A stretch of DNA of 64,000 nucleotides from an uncultured Verrucomicrobiae bacterium (lineage in GTDB: Bacteria; Verrucomicrobiota; Verrucomicrobiia; Limisphaerales; Palsa-1400), in NCBI GenBank assembly GCA_963764165.1, contig CAVXRD010000003.1:32001-96000 (forward strand), given 5' to 3'. A program made the translations under genes and the position numbers. Shown piece by piece: positions 51,960 through 62,850 of this stretch. The notes beneath the pieces were generated by a model that searched no databases, had not been told where the DNA came from, and worked only from the letters and a program-made list of their open reading frames with translations. Position 1 is the first letter of the stretch. Each line of letters begins with the position of its first letter.

Positions 51960-54131
51960 ATGACGCACCGTGAAGACTATCGACCGAACCGCATCCAGAT
52001 GGCCCTTCTATCATTGGCCGCAGCCTGCAATTTAGCCATCACGACGGCAACCGCGCTGGCGGAAGACGCGCCATTTCGCCCGCCTGCTGTTCCCTTGGTG
52101 ACGTTCGATCCTTATCTCAGCATTTGGTCTGAAGCGGACAAGCTTGCCGAGGACACCACGCGCCATTGGACGCACCGTTCGCATCCGCTGAACAGCATCA
52201 TTCGTGTTGATGGCGCGGCCAGCCGGTTGATGGGGCCCGAGCCATCGACCATTCCGGCCATGCCGCAAACCTCCGTGGAGGTCACGCCGACGAGGTCGAT
52301 CTACCATTTTCAAGACGCCAGAGTTCGTGTGACAATGACGTTTATGACGCCAGCTTTGCCTGAAGATTTGGAGGTGTTTTCGTGGCCTCTCAGTTATATC
52401 ACATGGGTGGTGGAATCCGTTGATGGCGAGGGTCATGATGTCACGATCTTTGACAGCACGAGTTCAGCGATCTCCGTCAATAAGCCCGACGAAAACGTGG
52501 TTTGGGGAAGGGAAAAAGCAGCCAGCAGGGCCGGCAAGCTGACCGGCGGCGGAATGACCATCCTTCACGCCGGAACCGATGCCCAGCCCATCCTCGGTTC
52601 AAGTGGCGATAATCATCGGATCAATTGGGGCTACGTTTACGCCGCCGCCCGCGCCCGTCAATCCTCGTCGGTCATTGGGAATATGGACACCGTCATTGCG
52701 TCTTTCCTGCGCGACGGCGAGATTCCCGGCCAGGACGACACGCGCAAGCCGCGCCCGGCCAACAGCGGGCAGCCCGTTCTCGCTTTCGAGTTCCACCTCG
52801 GGGAAGTAAAGGCCAAACCGGTGACCCGCCAGGTCATTGTGGCTTACGACGAGATTTATGCCATCAAGTATTTTGGCGTTGATCTCCGCCCCTACTGGAG
52901 GCGCAACGGCGAAACCATAGAAAATCTATTGCGCCAGGCCGACAAGGAATTCCCAAAAATCGAGAAGCGCTGCATTGAGTTCGACCGCGAGCTTTCCGCG
53001 GATCTCACCCGGGCCGGCGGCGACCGCTATGCGAAACTGTGCGCGCTGGCCTACCGCGAATGCGTGGCCGGCTGCGGGCTGGCCGCCGATCAGAACAAAC
53101 AGCCGCTTTTCTTCACCAAGGAAAACACCAGCAACGGCGACATCGCCACCGTGGACGTTTTCTACCCGATGGATCCGATTTGGATTCTGCTAAGCCCCAC
53201 GCTGGCAAAGGCAACTTTGGTTCCGATTTTCAGTTACGCGGCCTCGTGGCATTGGAAGTTTCCCAATGCGCCGCATGATCTCGGCACCTACCCGTTGTCG
53301 CCCGGCCGCGATGACGGCGGCGAAGGCATGCCGGTCGAGGAGAGCGGCAATATGATATTGCTGGCGGACGCCATTTGCCAGGCGGATGGAAATCCAAACT
53401 TTGTGAATCCGTGGTGGCCGCAATTGACGCAATGGGCCAAATATCTCGAACAATATGGCCTCGATCCTGAAAACCAACTTTGCACGGATGACTTCATGGG
53501 CCATCTGGCGCACAACGCGAATCTTTCCGTGAAAGCAATTCTCGCGCTTGCGGCTTACGGCGACCTGGCCCGCCGCCGCGGCGATGCCACCACCGCCGAC
53601 CGCTATCTCCAGCTCGCCAAGGCGGATGCCGCCCATTGGATTCAAGCGGCCAGCGACGGCGACCATTCGCGCCTTGCCTTCGACAAGCCGAACACATGGA
53701 GCCAAAAATATAATCTCGTGTGGGACCGCATTCTCGGGCTGAACGTTTTTCCGGCGGATGTGGCCCGCACGGAAGTCGCCTATTACAAAAAAATGATGCA
53801 AACTTATGGGTTGCCTCTCGATTCCCGCACCAAGCTGACCAAGACCGATTGGTGTTTCTGGTCGGCGACGCTCGCGGACAACGATGCTGATTTCCAGGGC
53901 TTCATCTCACCCATCTACGAATACATGGACAAGACAACGCACCGCGTGCCTCTGGTCGACTCATTTTTCACGACGGAACTCGGCGCAGGCCGTCCCGATT
54001 TCCACGCCCGTCCCGTGGTGGGCGGCCTCTACATCAAAATGCTGGCGGATCGCGCAACATGGAACAAATGGGCGAATCGCGACCACACGAAATTAGGCGA
54101 ATGGGCGCCGCTGCCCGGCAAACCACAGTGA
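51960..54131 (+). CDS. GtaA-like (DUF5127/DUF4965) six-hairpin glycosidase-fold protein
   Basis: RPPAVPLVTFDPYLSIWS, KENTSNG..TVDV, APHDLGTYP, MPVEESGNM, QLCTDDF, WSQKYNLVWD, ARPVVGG. Confidence 0.88.
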   Translation: MTHREDYRPNRIQMALLSLAAACNLAITTATALAEDAPFRPPAVPLVTFDPYLSIWSEADKLAEDTTRHWTHRSHPLNSIIRVDGAASRLMGPEPSTIPAMPQTSVEVTPTRSIYHFQDARVRVTMTFMTPALPEDLEVFSWPLSYITWVVESVDGEGHDVTIFDSTSSAISVNKPDENVVWGREKAASRAGKLTGGGMTILHAGTDAQPILGSSGDNHRINWGYVYAAARARQSSSVIGNMDTVIASFLRDGEIPGQDDTRKPRPANSGQPVLAFEFHLGEVKAKPVTRQVIVAYDEIYAIKYFGVDLRPYWRRNGETIENLLRQADKEFPKIEKRCIEFDRELSADLTRAGGDRYAKLCALAYRECVAGCGLAADQNKQPLFFTKENTSNGDIATVDVFYPMDPIWILLSPTLAKATLVPIFSYAASWHWKFPNAPHDLGTYPLSPGRDDGGEGMPVEESGNMILLADAICQADGNPNFVNPWWPQLTQWAKYLEQYGLDPENQLCTDDFMGHLAHNANLSVKAILALAAYGDLARRRGDATTADRYLQLAKADAAHWIQAASDGDHSRLAFDKPNTWSQKYNLVWDRILGLNVFPADVARTEVAYYKKMMQTYGLPLDSRTKLTKTDWCFWSATLADNDADFQGFISPIYEYMDKTTHRVPLVDSFFTTELGAGRPDFHARPVVGGLYIKMLADRATWNKWANRDHTKLGEWAPLPGKPQ

Positions 54132-54154
54132 GGCCTTCGCCAAATTAGCTTCTT

Positions 54155-54317
54155 TGAATTTGAACAGAAAGATCGAGGCAGAGAACTGGCTCCTCGAAAC
54201 AGGCGTGGAACAAACATCTTTGTGTCTTTTGTGTCTTTGCTGTGAAAATTCTTCACAAAGAAAAAAAGTAAAGAATTCCCATCTCCGCGCCCTCGGTCTT
54301 TCTCCCGTTCAAAATCT
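54155..54317. repeat. Degenerate inverted repeat enclosing a 9-mer tandem repeat, between convergent genes
   Basis: GAATTTGAACAGAAAGATCGAGG pairs with CCTCGGTCTTTCTCCCGTTCAAAATC; internal CTTTGTGTC-TTTTGTGTC-TTTGCTGTG (54218-54244). Confidence 0.55.
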
Positions 54318-54342
54318 TGTTTTCATTTTGATTTCATCGTCG

Positions 54343-55287
54343 TCACAACCCGTAGAATTTTCGGGCGTTCTCCGCGAATAATTTTTTGCGGTCGACTAAT
54401 GTTTGTTCACGTGTGATTTGCGCCAGCGCATCCAGCCATGATCGCCATGGGCCGGACAGCGTGCAAACGGGCCAATCCCCGCCGAACATCACGCGTTCGA
54501 ATCCAAAGCACTCGACAGCGTGATTGATGCAGGGCCGCAAATCGGCTGTTTTCCAATTCTTCCAATTCGCCCGCGTGATGGCGCCGGAAACTTTGCAAAC
54601 GACGTTCGGAAAGTGCGCGATTTTGCGGAGGTCATCCGCCCAAGGCAGCATTTCCTTCTCGGAGATATTCGGATTTCCGAGGTGATCAAGGACGAAACGA
54701 ATCTCGGGGCATTTTTCAACCAGCGCCGCCGCGGACGGAAGCTGCTCCGCGCTCGCGCAGATCTCGAATATGTATTTTCGCGCCGCCAGCCGCCGAACGC
54801 CTTCCACGAATTCCGGCCGGGAACAAAATTGAGCATCTGCTTCGCCTTGCACAATGCGGCGGACGCCTTTGACCAATGGTTGTTTGGCGAGGTCGTCCAG
54901 CGCGCGCTCCACCTTGGCGGGTTCGTCAATCGGAGCGTTCGCAATGATCGCGCCAATCCGCCGTTCCGCGGCGGCCAGTGATGCCACCCATTCGACTTCC
55001 CGCTGCGATTGGGCGCGGCTGCAGTCGGCCTGGACGAACACGGCCTTCTGCACGTCGCAACCCGCCGTTTCGCGAAAATAATCCGCCGGGAGCTTTGGCG
55101 TTCCGATGGGGGAGTTTTTGAGCCAGGCATATTCCAGCCGCGCCGGATCCCAGAAATGCACATGGGAGTCGACGATGGGGAGGTCGAATTTTGCTTCTTC
55201 GGCCAGTGCCAAGTTCAGTCCGGATGCCAGCGACAATCCGGTCGCGAGGCCGGCGCGGAGGAACTGGCGGCGGTCAATCACGGCCAC
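54343..55287 (-). CDS. Amidohydrolase_2 family protein (L-fuconolactonase-like) with Tat signal
   Basis: DRRQFL twin-arginine leader; DSHVHFWD, VLDHLGNP, CKVSG, MFGGDWPV. Confidence 0.87.
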   Translation of the reverse strand: MAVIDRRQFLRAGLATGLSLASGLNLALAEEAKFDLPIVDSHVHFWDPARLEYAWLKNSPIGTPKLPADYFRETAGCDVQKAVFVQADCSRAQSQREVEWVASLAAAERRIGAIIANAPIDEPAKVERALDDLAKQPLVKGVRRIVQGEADAQFCSRPEFVEGVRRLAARKYIFEICASAEQLPSAAALVEKCPEIRFVLDHLGNPNISEKEMLPWADDLRKIAHFPNVVCKVSGAITRANWKNWKTADLRPCINHAVECFGFERVMFGGDWPVCTLSGPWRSWLDALAQITREQTLVDRKKLFAENARKFYGL

Positions 55288-55294
55288 AACAATT

Positions 55295-55714
55295 CTATTC
55301 TCCGATGATTTTCACGAGCACACGTTTGCGGCGCCTGCCATCGAATTCGCCGTAGAAAATCTGCTCCCACGGCCCAAAATCGAGTTTTCCCTTTGTGATC
55401 GCAACGACCACTTCGCGCCCCATGATCTGGCGTTTGAGATGGGCATCGGCGTTATCCTCGCCGGTGCGGTTGTGGTGGTATTGGCTGGTGGGCGCGTGCG
55501 GCGCGAGCTTTTCCAGCCACACATCGTAATCGTGGTGCAATCCGCCTTCGTCGTCATTGATGAAAACGGAGGCGGAAATGTGCATTGCGTTGGCGAGACA
55601 AAGCCCTTCCATGACGCCGCTTTTTTGAACAAGCCCTGCCACGGTGTCCGTGATATTGATAAACCCGCGCCGCGAAGGGACTTCAAACCAGAGATATTCC
55701 GTAAGCGATTTCAT
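55295..55714 (-). CDS. yjbQ: YjbQ/UPF0047 family protein
   Basis: [36 protein letters not shown]. Confidence 0.93.
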   Translation of the reverse strand: MKSLTEYLWFEVPSRRGFINITDTVAGLVQKSGVMEGLCLANAMHISASVFINDDEGGLHHDYDVWLEKLAPHAPTSQYHHNRTGEDNADAHLKRQIMGREVVVAITKGKLDFGPWEQIFYGEFDGRRRKRVLVKIIGE

Positions 55715-55768
55715 TCCAACGCCAGTTACCACGCGCCGCACCCGCGGTCAAGCGGCTGCGGAAATGGT

Positions 55769-56218
55769 TTTAATCTGGAACTCAGGAAATCAGGAAAGGA
55801 AGACGAATAGGAATCGCCCATATCGTGAACTCGCACCCGTTCACCACATTCGCCGCGGGCGCATCTCAGTTTTTGTGAGGGCGGTCTTCTGCAAAAAGCT
55901 CCGCCGGTCGACAAGTGATCGCTCTCTCCCCGCCAAGCTTGGCGGGGAGAGAGAAGGAGAGAGGGGCAACTCATTAAAACCGGGCGAGGCGAGGGGCATT
56001 GAGGGCCGATGGATTTCAGTCGGTTCCTAATCGCCCCTCTCCCTAACCCTCTCCCCGCTGCGCAGGGCGAGGGAATCCGCGTTTCGTCGGCAAGGGATTG
56101 CCAAAAAGTGAGATGTGCCCATTCGCCGCCAGGCATTCGTCCTATTATTGACATTACCTCCCATTGCTTCGAAAATAACTCCAGCCTCCTTTCCTGATTT
56201 CCTGAGTTCCAGATTAAA
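55769..56218. repeat. Inverted-repeat element (family A variant) with nested palindromes
   Basis: TTTAATCTGGAACTCAGGAAATCAGGAAAGGA (55769-55800) is the exact reverse complement of 56187-56218. Inside lie CTCTCCCCGCC-AAGCTT-GGCGGGGAGAG (~55924-55951) and CCCCTCTCCCTAACCCTCTCCCC (~56034). Confidence 0.85.
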
Positions 56219-56281
56219 TCCCTGCTTTTTCCGCGTGCTTTCCTATTGCCTTTGGCGGCGGTTGCGTGAAGATTCGGGCGC

Positions 56282-57436
56282 ATGAGCAAAATGTCCAAAT
56301 TTGCCCGTTATCCCCGGCTGAATCCGATGGGCATCGGGAAAAATATTTCCGCCGCCGATTTGGTGGATCAAACGTTCCTCGCCTACAACGGCGGGCGGCT
56401 GCGCGAGGCCGCGAAATTGTTAACAGAAAAAATGCTGCCGGACGACGGCGTGGTTGGCTTGAGCCTGACCGGCGCGCTTACTCCCGCCGGATTGGGAAAG
56501 TCCTGCTTGATTCCATTGATGCGGGCCGGCTTCGTGGATTGGATTGTTTCCACCGGGGCCAATCTTTATCACGATTTGCATTACGGCCTGGGAATGGCGC
56601 TTCACCAAGGCTCGCCATTTCTTGACGACGTGGCGCTGCACCGGGACGGCGTCATCCGCATTTACGATATTCTTTTTGACTACAACGTTCTTCTCGACAC
56701 CGACGAATTTGTGCGCGAGGTGATCCAGGGCGCGGAATTCCAGCGCCCGATGGGCACGGACGAATTTCATTATCTGCTCGGCGGATACGTGGCCGAGCGC
56801 GGCCGCACATTGAAATTGACCGACAGCTCGGTGCTCGCGGTGGCGCATGAGTGCGGCATTCCCGTTTTCACCAGCAGCCCCGGCGACAGCTCCATCGGCA
56901 TGAACGTCGCCGCGATGGCGATGCGCGAATCCGGCCTGGCCTTTGACGTGAACCGCGATGTCAATCAAACCGCCGCCATTGTTTACGACGCAAAATCTTC
57001 CGGCCGCACATCCTCCGTGTTCATTCTGGGCGGTGGATCGCCTAAGAATTTCATGCTGCAAACGGAACCGCAAATCCAGGAAGTCATGGGAATCGCCGAG
57101 AAGGGGCACGATTATTTCCTGCAATGCACGGACGCGCGGGCAGACACCGGCGGCTTGAGCGGCGCCACCCCGGCGGAGGCGGTGAGCTGGGGCAAGGTCG
57201 ATCCCAACAAGCTGCCCGATTGCGTGGTGGCATATGTGGATTCCACGATTTCCCTGCCGTTGTTGACGGCTTACGCGCTGAATCGCCATCCCGCGCGGAA
57301 ACTGAAGCGGCTTTATGACCGCCGCGACGCGATGTACGAAAAAGTGAAATCCATCTATCTAAAGGTGGGCACCGTCAGCAAAATCAAGACGAGCCGGAAG
57401 CTGGCCAAGCGCGCCACCGGCGCCGTCATGAAGTGA
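56282..57436 (+). CDS. speY: Deoxyhypusine-synthase-like homospermidine synthase
   Basis: [54 protein letters not shown]. Confidence 0.85.
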   Translation: MSKMSKFARYPRLNPMGIGKNISAADLVDQTFLAYNGGRLREAAKLLTEKMLPDDGVVGLSLTGALTPAGLGKSCLIPLMRAGFVDWIVSTGANLYHDLHYGLGMALHQGSPFLDDVALHRDGVIRIYDILFDYNVLLDTDEFVREVIQGAEFQRPMGTDEFHYLLGGYVAERGRTLKLTDSSVLAVAHECGIPVFTSSPGDSSIGMNVAAMAMRESGLAFDVNRDVNQTAAIVYDAKSSGRTSSVFILGGGSPKNFMLQTEPQIQEVMGIAEKGHDYFLQCTDARADTGGLSGATPAEAVSWGKVDPNKLPDCVVAYVDSTISLPLLTAYALNRHPARKLKRLYDRRDAMYEKVKSIYLKVGTVSKIKTSRKLAKRATGAVMK

Positions 57437-59230
57437 GTTCTTCCGCCGGTAAATTTTGATTCCGAAACTGTTGTCCTTGATCCAATCGTGGCCGAGGGAT
57501 TTGGCCAGGTCGTAATTGGCCTCGATCCATTTTTGCGCGTCGAGGCCCAGCTTGTTGGTCGTGCCGAAATATCCCATTTCGTATTCGCTGTAATTAACAG
57601 CAATCTCGACGACGAAGCTGGGATTGCTGTTGGTCAGGGCCCGGGTCATGTTCTCCTGGCCGAAGGCGGCCACCTCCGGCGGATTCCACGCCACGTAGCC
57701 TGACGGATTCGGCAGGCGTGAAAGGTAATTCATCATCGCGCCCTGCGGCAGGACGGCCATTGTCGCGCGCGGTGGGGCATTGGATTCCACCCATTGCAGC
57801 GCCTCGACAAAAGTTTTGTCCGACTGGCGGAAATGAATGTCGAAACCGTAAATCAAGTCACCACCGGAGGAGACCGGCAGTGTTTTATCGGAGTAAATAA
57901 CGAGCGACGCCTGGAGCGCCCTCATCAGCATCGTAAACAGCATGGCCCAAACCAGAAACTGGAATAAAAGCGGCCTCACGGAGAACCGGTCGAGAAACCG
58001 GGGAAGCTCCCACAGCAAGAAATAAACGGCAGCCATGAACGCGGGCATCGCGAGAGCGAATCCGTAATGCCAGACGCGGCAGAACAAGCCCATTTTGGCC
58101 ATCGCTGCGAGGCTCCAGACCGTCCACAAGGTTGCGAATATCAGCGGAGGATCCCAGCCCTTCTTGCGTGCGCGCCACAAAAGGCCGGCCAGCAGCGCCA
58201 GGCATATCGGCGGCAGGCAGTATCCGCACACGAACCAGTTTTCTCCCCAAATGATGTTCATCATCCGATAGCCCAGCAGCGCGGCGGCTATGCCCGAAAG
58301 CCACAATGGAAGCTTTCGGCTTGAAGCCGCCGAGCAGATCGCGATCAGGCAAATCAGCCACATGAATTGCGCCAGAATTTTGCGCGCGTGCATGGATGGA
58401 TCATCCAGGCCAAAGTAGTGGCGGTAAAACGGGCTGTCGGCGGCGCTGGTGGTCAGCAGCGGCACCCAGGCCGCAAACACGGCTTTGACGCTTGACTTGA
58501 AATCTTCGTGGCAAAGAAACCAGCCGAGAAAAGCCAGCCCCGGGAGAATTCCCGCGGCGATCATGCATCCAAGGGAGCGGGCAAGTTGCGCTCTGTTATG
58601 AATCCGCCAGAACAGGATAATAGCGGCGCAATGCGCCACCAGAACCGCCAGAAACAAGTCCGGCTTTGTCAATAATATCATTCCCGCTCCCAAGCCGGCC
58701 GCCGCCGCGAATCTGGCATCCCCCCTCTGCACCCATCGTGCGAGCATGACCGTCGCCGCGGCGGACAAAATCACTCCATGAACCACTTCCGCGCAATAGG
58801 GTGTGATGTAGTTGAAAATGCCCATGGTGGTGTAGTTGGCAAACGCGAAAACAATCAGCAGCGACATGCCTGCGGTGACCGCGGTGAGCTGGTCTGAGCA
58901 TTTGTAAAAGCAGAAATAAACCAATCCTGTCAAAAGCACGATGAGGAACAGATTGGAAACGGCCACCGTCGTGAACGAGGCGCCAAAAATTTTGAAGAGC
59001 AAGGCGTGAAAATGCTGCGACAGCGGGCCGCCCACCATGTAATGAAAGTCGCGGTACATGACGGCGCCCTCGGAAATCTGCCACGGCATGTAAAGCTGCG
59101 GCCCGTAGTCGACAATCAGGCCCGGCCAGCGCCGCCACGATTTCCAAAGCATCATGGAAAAAACCACCGTGAGAATGGCCGCGCCGAAAGCCAAATCCCG
59201 CCTCGCGGTTGATTTCGTCTTGGTGGTCAT
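57359..59230 (-). CDS. GT-C/ArnT-PMT-like integral membrane glycosyltransferase
   Basis: W...IVDYG..LY.PW....G..MYRDF....GP first loop; LTKP; more than 10 TM helices; soluble C-terminal domain. Confidence 0.7.
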   Translation of the reverse strand: MTTKTKSTARRDLAFGAAILTVVFSMMLWKSWRRWPGLIVDYGPQLYMPWQISEGAVMYRDFHYMVGGPLSQHFHALLFKIFGASFTTVAVSNLFLIVLLTGLVYFCFYKCSDQLTAVTAGMSLLIVFAFANYTTMGIFNYITPYCAEVVHGVILSAAATVMLARWVQRGDARFAAAAGLGAGMILLTKPDLFLAVLVAHCAAIILFWRIHNRAQLARSLGCMIAAGILPGLAFLGWFLCHEDFKSSVKAVFAAWVPLLTTSAADSPFYRHYFGLDDPSMHARKILAQFMWLICLIAICSAASSRKLPLWLSGIAAALLGYRMMNIIWGENWFVCGYCLPPICLALLAGLLWRARKKGWDPPLIFATLWTVWSLAAMAKMGLFCRVWHYGFALAMPAFMAAVYFLLWELPRFLDRFSVRPLLFQFLVWAMLFTMLMRALQASLVIYSDKTLPVSSGGDLIYGFDIHFRQSDKTFVEALQWVESNAPPRATMAVLPQGAMMNYLSRLPNPSGYVAWNPPEVAAFGQENMTRALTNSNPSFVVEIAVNYSEYEMGYFGTTNKLGLDAQKWIEANYDLAKSLGHDWIKDNSFGIKIYRRKNSLHDGAGGALGQLPARLDFADGAHL

Positions 59231-60732
59231 TGGTTTCGGGCCGCGGTCAAATCAAGGGGATCGACCGTGGTGGGCGGCAATTCGCGCGCGGCTTTTTGCA
59301 GAGCGGCCGCATGCTCCGGCAGGCACAGCAAGGCGGAGACATTGGCGACGTTTGTAATTAAAACATACCCCGCCTCTTCAACCTGAGCGGGCCGCAGCGG
59401 CTCGCTTTGCAAATCGAGAATCACGTAATCCACTTTGAAATCCTGGCACAATCGAAGCCAGCCGGGCCGATGATCGTAGAATGTGTTGTTCAGGTCAAAG
59501 GTGGATTCGGGGTAAGTGGTTTCGTAACGCCCATCCATCGAGACTTTGATGTTCGGAAACAGCCGCCAGCTCACGTAGCTGCCCCACGCGAACGGCGTCG
59601 CCGCGTTTCCTTTCGCGCCGGCCTTCGCCAGAATGTCCGCCTCGCGCACAGGATCCTCGCCGATGGGAGAAAGAGGATAGGTGGATGCGCCAGCCCAATC
59701 CTTGCAAACAATCCAAAGGAAAATCCCCGAGTACGACAAGATGGCAACCGCCACGGGATTCATGCGCCGAGGCAGCAGCGCTTTGCAATATGGTCCGGCG
59801 AAGGCGAGCGCCGAGGCGGCGAGGAAAGGGCCGTGCCGCCGGCTCCGCCAACCCATCGCCAGAGTCAGCGCCAGGGTGGCCAGCCCTGGCCAATTCTTTT
59901 GTTTGACGCTCTTCCAGCCAACGGCGACGCCGGCGATGGCAATGACGGACAGCACGCGGAACCCCAGGAAATCATCCCACACAAACGGTTGAAGCGGACG
60001 CCATTCGAGAATCCGCGCGCGCGGATGAAGCAGCGCCGGGATCAGGTAGCGCCAGAAATCGGTTCCGTAGGGGTTGATGAACGTTATGGCAAAACAGGCC
60101 GCCGCCGTTATCACAAATGCTTTTGCGTGAGCGCGGGTCATGACAGCCCAGCCCGCATAAACACAAATAATTCCCAATCCCGCCACGAATCCTCCATGCG
60201 CATTGGCCCAGATCAATATCATCAGCGGCAGCGCAAAGGCCGGCCAGCGAACGCCGCTTCGCATCTGCTCGAGGAAATAAAGCGTCGCCGCGAAGAAGAA
60301 AAATGTGAACACATGCGAGCGAGCCACTGGAATGTATCCGGTGAGAAGGCACGCGCCCGCGGGCAACGCCAGCAGGAGGAGCGCATTGTCATCCGCGTTC
60401 TGCTTTCGCCCGGTTGCATACGCCAGCCCGAGCAGCCCCAGCGCCAAAAAGATTCGCAGAAGAATCAATGACGATGCCCCAAACCATTTGACAAGCGCAT
60501 AAAAAATAACGCCCGCGCCCCATTCGTGATCGATGTATTGCGGCAGCACCGGGGTGAACGCGTAAATGTCGTGGCGCAATATATGGCCTGAATTCCAGAG
60601 ATTGGAACCAATGGCTAATTTCGCCCACAGATCGCCATCGGTGATATTGTGGAAACAGAGGACAACCGCCAGAGCCGCCGCGCCCAGGAGAGCGATGAAT
60701 TCGCGCAGGGCCAGGTTTTGTTTGACGGTCAC
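59227..60732 (-). CDS. Polytopic membrane protein, GT-C-like
   Basis: DGDLW..L..G, DHEW, WANAHGGF, INPYG, EW.P, WGSY..W, DGRYE. Confidence 0.7.
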   Translation of the reverse strand: MTVKQNLALREFIALLGAAALAVVLCFHNITDGDLWAKLAIGSNLWNSGHILRHDIYAFTPVLPQYIDHEWGAGVIFYALVKWFGASSLILLRIFLALGLLGLAYATGRKQNADDNALLLLALPAGACLLTGYIPVARSHVFTFFFFAATLYFLEQMRSGVRWPAFALPLMILIWANAHGGFVAGLGIICVYAGWAVMTRAHAKAFVITAAACFAITFINPYGTDFWRYLIPALLHPRARILEWRPLQPFVWDDFLGFRVLSVIAIAGVAVGWKSVKQKNWPGLATLALTLAMGWRSRRHGPFLAASALAFAGPYCKALLPRRMNPVAVAILSYSGIFLWIVCKDWAGASTYPLSPIGEDPVREADILAKAGAKGNAATPFAWGSYVSWRLFPNIKVSMDGRYETTYPESTFDLNNTFYDHRPGWLRLCQDFKVDYVILDLQSEPLRPAQVEEAGYVLITNVANVSALLCLPEHAAALQKAARELPPTTVDPLDLTAARNQ

Positions 60733-60790
60733 ACCCGCATGTTATGAACGATGGCGGCTCCGTCAAGCTGCGGTTAGGATAACGGAATTA

Positions 60791-60961
60791 TTTTAATCAG
60801 GAACGACCGAACTCAGGAACGGAGGCCAAAACAGGTTTTGCCGTCATCGTTGATTCGCGTCCCTTCAACTGCATGCATTGCTCCCATAATTCACATTATA
60901 CCCATCAAGTAAAAAGTGATCCCAAGCCTCCGTTCCTGAGTTCGGCCGTTCCAGATTAAAA
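60791..60961. repeat. Inverted-repeat element, family A copy 2
   Basis: Left arm (60791-60826) identical to 18374-18409; right arm 60926-60961; spacer unrelated to that of copy 1. Confidence 0.85.
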
Positions 60962-60963
60962 TC

Positions 60964-61689
60964 TCAGCTCAGTTCGTAATTCAGAATCGCCAGCGCGGCC
61001 AGGGCGGCCGTTTCGCAGCGCAGGATGAGCGGGCCCAGATTGATTGGCAGCGCGCCCGCGCCTTTGATGGCTTCCATTTCTTCCGGCGCAAAGTCCCCCT
61101 CGGGACCGATCCAGAGCTGGAGCGTTTTCGGCGGCGTTTTCGGAAAACACGCCCGCAAATGGCGGCTGTCGCTTTGCAGCGAGCCGACCAGGGACAAGTC
61201 GAATTTTTCGCCGCGTGCGAGCAGGGAGGGGAGCGTTGCCGCTGATTCCACTCGCGGCAGCCAGCGCTGCCCGCATTGCTTGATCGCCTCGACGGCGGTT
61301 TGCCGCCACTTGTCGGATTTGTGCTCGATGGAACCGCCTTCCAGATGCGTTGTGACGCGCTGGGAGAGCAGGGGAACGATGCGCCAGACGCCAAGCTCGG
61401 TCGCCTTTTGAATAATTGAGTCCAGCATTTTTCCCTTTGGAATCGCCTGCGCCAAAGTGATCTGGCAGGGCGGCGCAGGTTGCGTGAATTTGCCTTTGAC
61501 TCTTAGTTCGACGCGTTTCCGCGCGACGGCGGCAACTTCGCAAGTGAACTCAGTTCCCACTCCGTCTAGCACGGCGACGCCGTCCCCCTTTCTCACGCGC
61601 AGCACATCGGCGGCATGGTGGGCCTCACTCTCCGTCAATACTAAGGTGTCCGCGCCGCACTCCGATGGCGGCAGGTAAAAGCGGCGCAT
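60964..61689 (-). CDS. rsmE: 16S rRNA m3U1498 methyltransferase
   Basis: HHAADVLR, QKATELGV, EAIKQCG, IGPEGDF, LGPLILRCETA. Confidence 0.95.
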   Translation of the reverse strand: MRRFYLPPSECGADTLVLTESEAHHAADVLRVRKGDGVAVLDGVGTEFTCEVAAVARKRVELRVKGKFTQPAPPCQITLAQAIPKGKMLDSIIQKATELGVWRIVPLLSQRVTTHLEGGSIEHKSDKWRQTAVEAIKQCGQRWLPRVESAATLPSLLARGEKFDLSLVGSLQSDSRHLRACFPKTPPKTLQLWIGPEGDFAPEEMEAIKGAGALPINLGPLILRCETAALAALAILNYELS

Positions 61690-61695
61690 ATTGCC

Positions 61696-62823
61696 TCACC
61701 GAAAGATGCTTTTGGCCTTCTCGAAAAAGCTCTTGCCCATCGGATGGACATCCTCGTCGCACAGCTTGGCGAACTCCTCGAGCTTCGCCCGCTGGCCCGC
61801 GTTGAGCTTTGTCGGCACTTCGATTTGCACGCGCACCAGCAAATCTCCCTGGCCGTAGCCCTGGACGTTCTTGACACCTTTGCCCTTGAGCCGAAAAACC
61901 GAGCCGGGCTGCGTGCCTGGCGGAATTTTGATTTCCTGGGGATCTGTCAGCGTCGGCACTTCGACTGACGAGCCGAGGGCCGCTTGGACGAAGCTGATGG
62001 GAATCTCGCACAGCAAATCATCGCCGTCGCGGTTGAAAATTTCGTGGCGCTTGACGTGAATGACGACGAACAAATCTCCGGGAGGAGCGCCCCGCGTGCC
62101 CGCTTCGCCATTGCCGGACGAACGCAAGCGCGATCCGGTTTCAACGCCCGCGGGAACCTTGATTTTAATTTTTGTTGTCTTGTCTTTGCGCCCGGCCCCA
62201 GAGCAGGAGCGGCAAGGTTTGTCAACAACTCGGCCCGCGCCTTCGCAGCGCGGGCACGTCTGCGCGATGCTGAAAATGCCGCGCGACGAAATCACCTGGC
62301 CGCGTCCGCCGCAAACCGCGCAGACTTTCGCCGTCGCGCCTTTTTCCGCGCCGGTGCCGTTGCAAATTTCACACGGGCCGGGCTTGGTGACGGTGATTTC
62401 CCGTTCGCAACCCATGGCGGCTTCAATGAACGTGAGCTCCATGTCGTAGCGCAAATCGTCGCCGCGCTGGTTTCCGCCGGCCCGCCGTTCGCTGCCGCCG
62501 CCGAAGATATCCTCAAAAATGCTGGAACCGCCGAACACCTCGCGGAAAATCTCGCTAGGGTCATGGAATCCCGAACTGGCCCGGGCGCGGGCGCGCGGAT
62601 CGAAGGCGGCGTGTCCGTATTGATCGTAGGCTGCGCGCGATTGTGGATTGCTCAGCGCCTCGTAAGCCTCGCCTAATTCTTTGAAACTCTCCTCGGCCGC
62701 CTTGTCATTTGGATTGCGGTCGGGGTGGTATTTCAACGCCAGCTTGCGATACGCCTTTTTGATTTCCTCGGCATCGGCCGCCTTGTCAACGCCGAGGACT
62801 TCGTAATAATCACGTTTGGCCAT
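61696..62823 (-). CDS. dnaJ: Chaperone DnaJ
   Basis: J-domain with HPD, G/F region, four CxxCxGxG motifs, C-terminal domain. Confidence 0.97.
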   Translation of the reverse strand: MAKRDYYEVLGVDKAADAEEIKKAYRKLALKYHPDRNPNDKAAEESFKELGEAYEALSNPQSRAAYDQYGHAAFDPRARARASSGFHDPSEIFREVFGGSSIFEDIFGGGSERRAGGNQRGDDLRYDMELTFIEAAMGCEREITVTKPGPCEICNGTGAEKGATAKVCAVCGGRGQVISSRGIFSIAQTCPRCEGAGRVVDKPCRSCSGAGRKDKTTKIKIKVPAGVETGSRLRSSGNGEAGTRGAPPGDLFVVIHVKRHEIFNRDGDDLLCEIPISFVQAALGSSVEVPTLTDPQEIKIPPGTQPGSVFRLKGKGVKNVQGYGQGDLLVRVQIEVPTKLNAGQRAKLEEFAKLCDEDVHPMGKSFFEKAKSIFR

Positions 62824-62850
62824 AGGGAGATCGGGATCAGCTCACCTCAA

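Noticed and set aside
55726..56298. 190-aa ORF across the yjbQ-speY intergenic region
   Set aside because: It is made of translated repeat arms (IWNSGNQE, PSPCAAGRGLGRG) and is best explained as repeat DNA.
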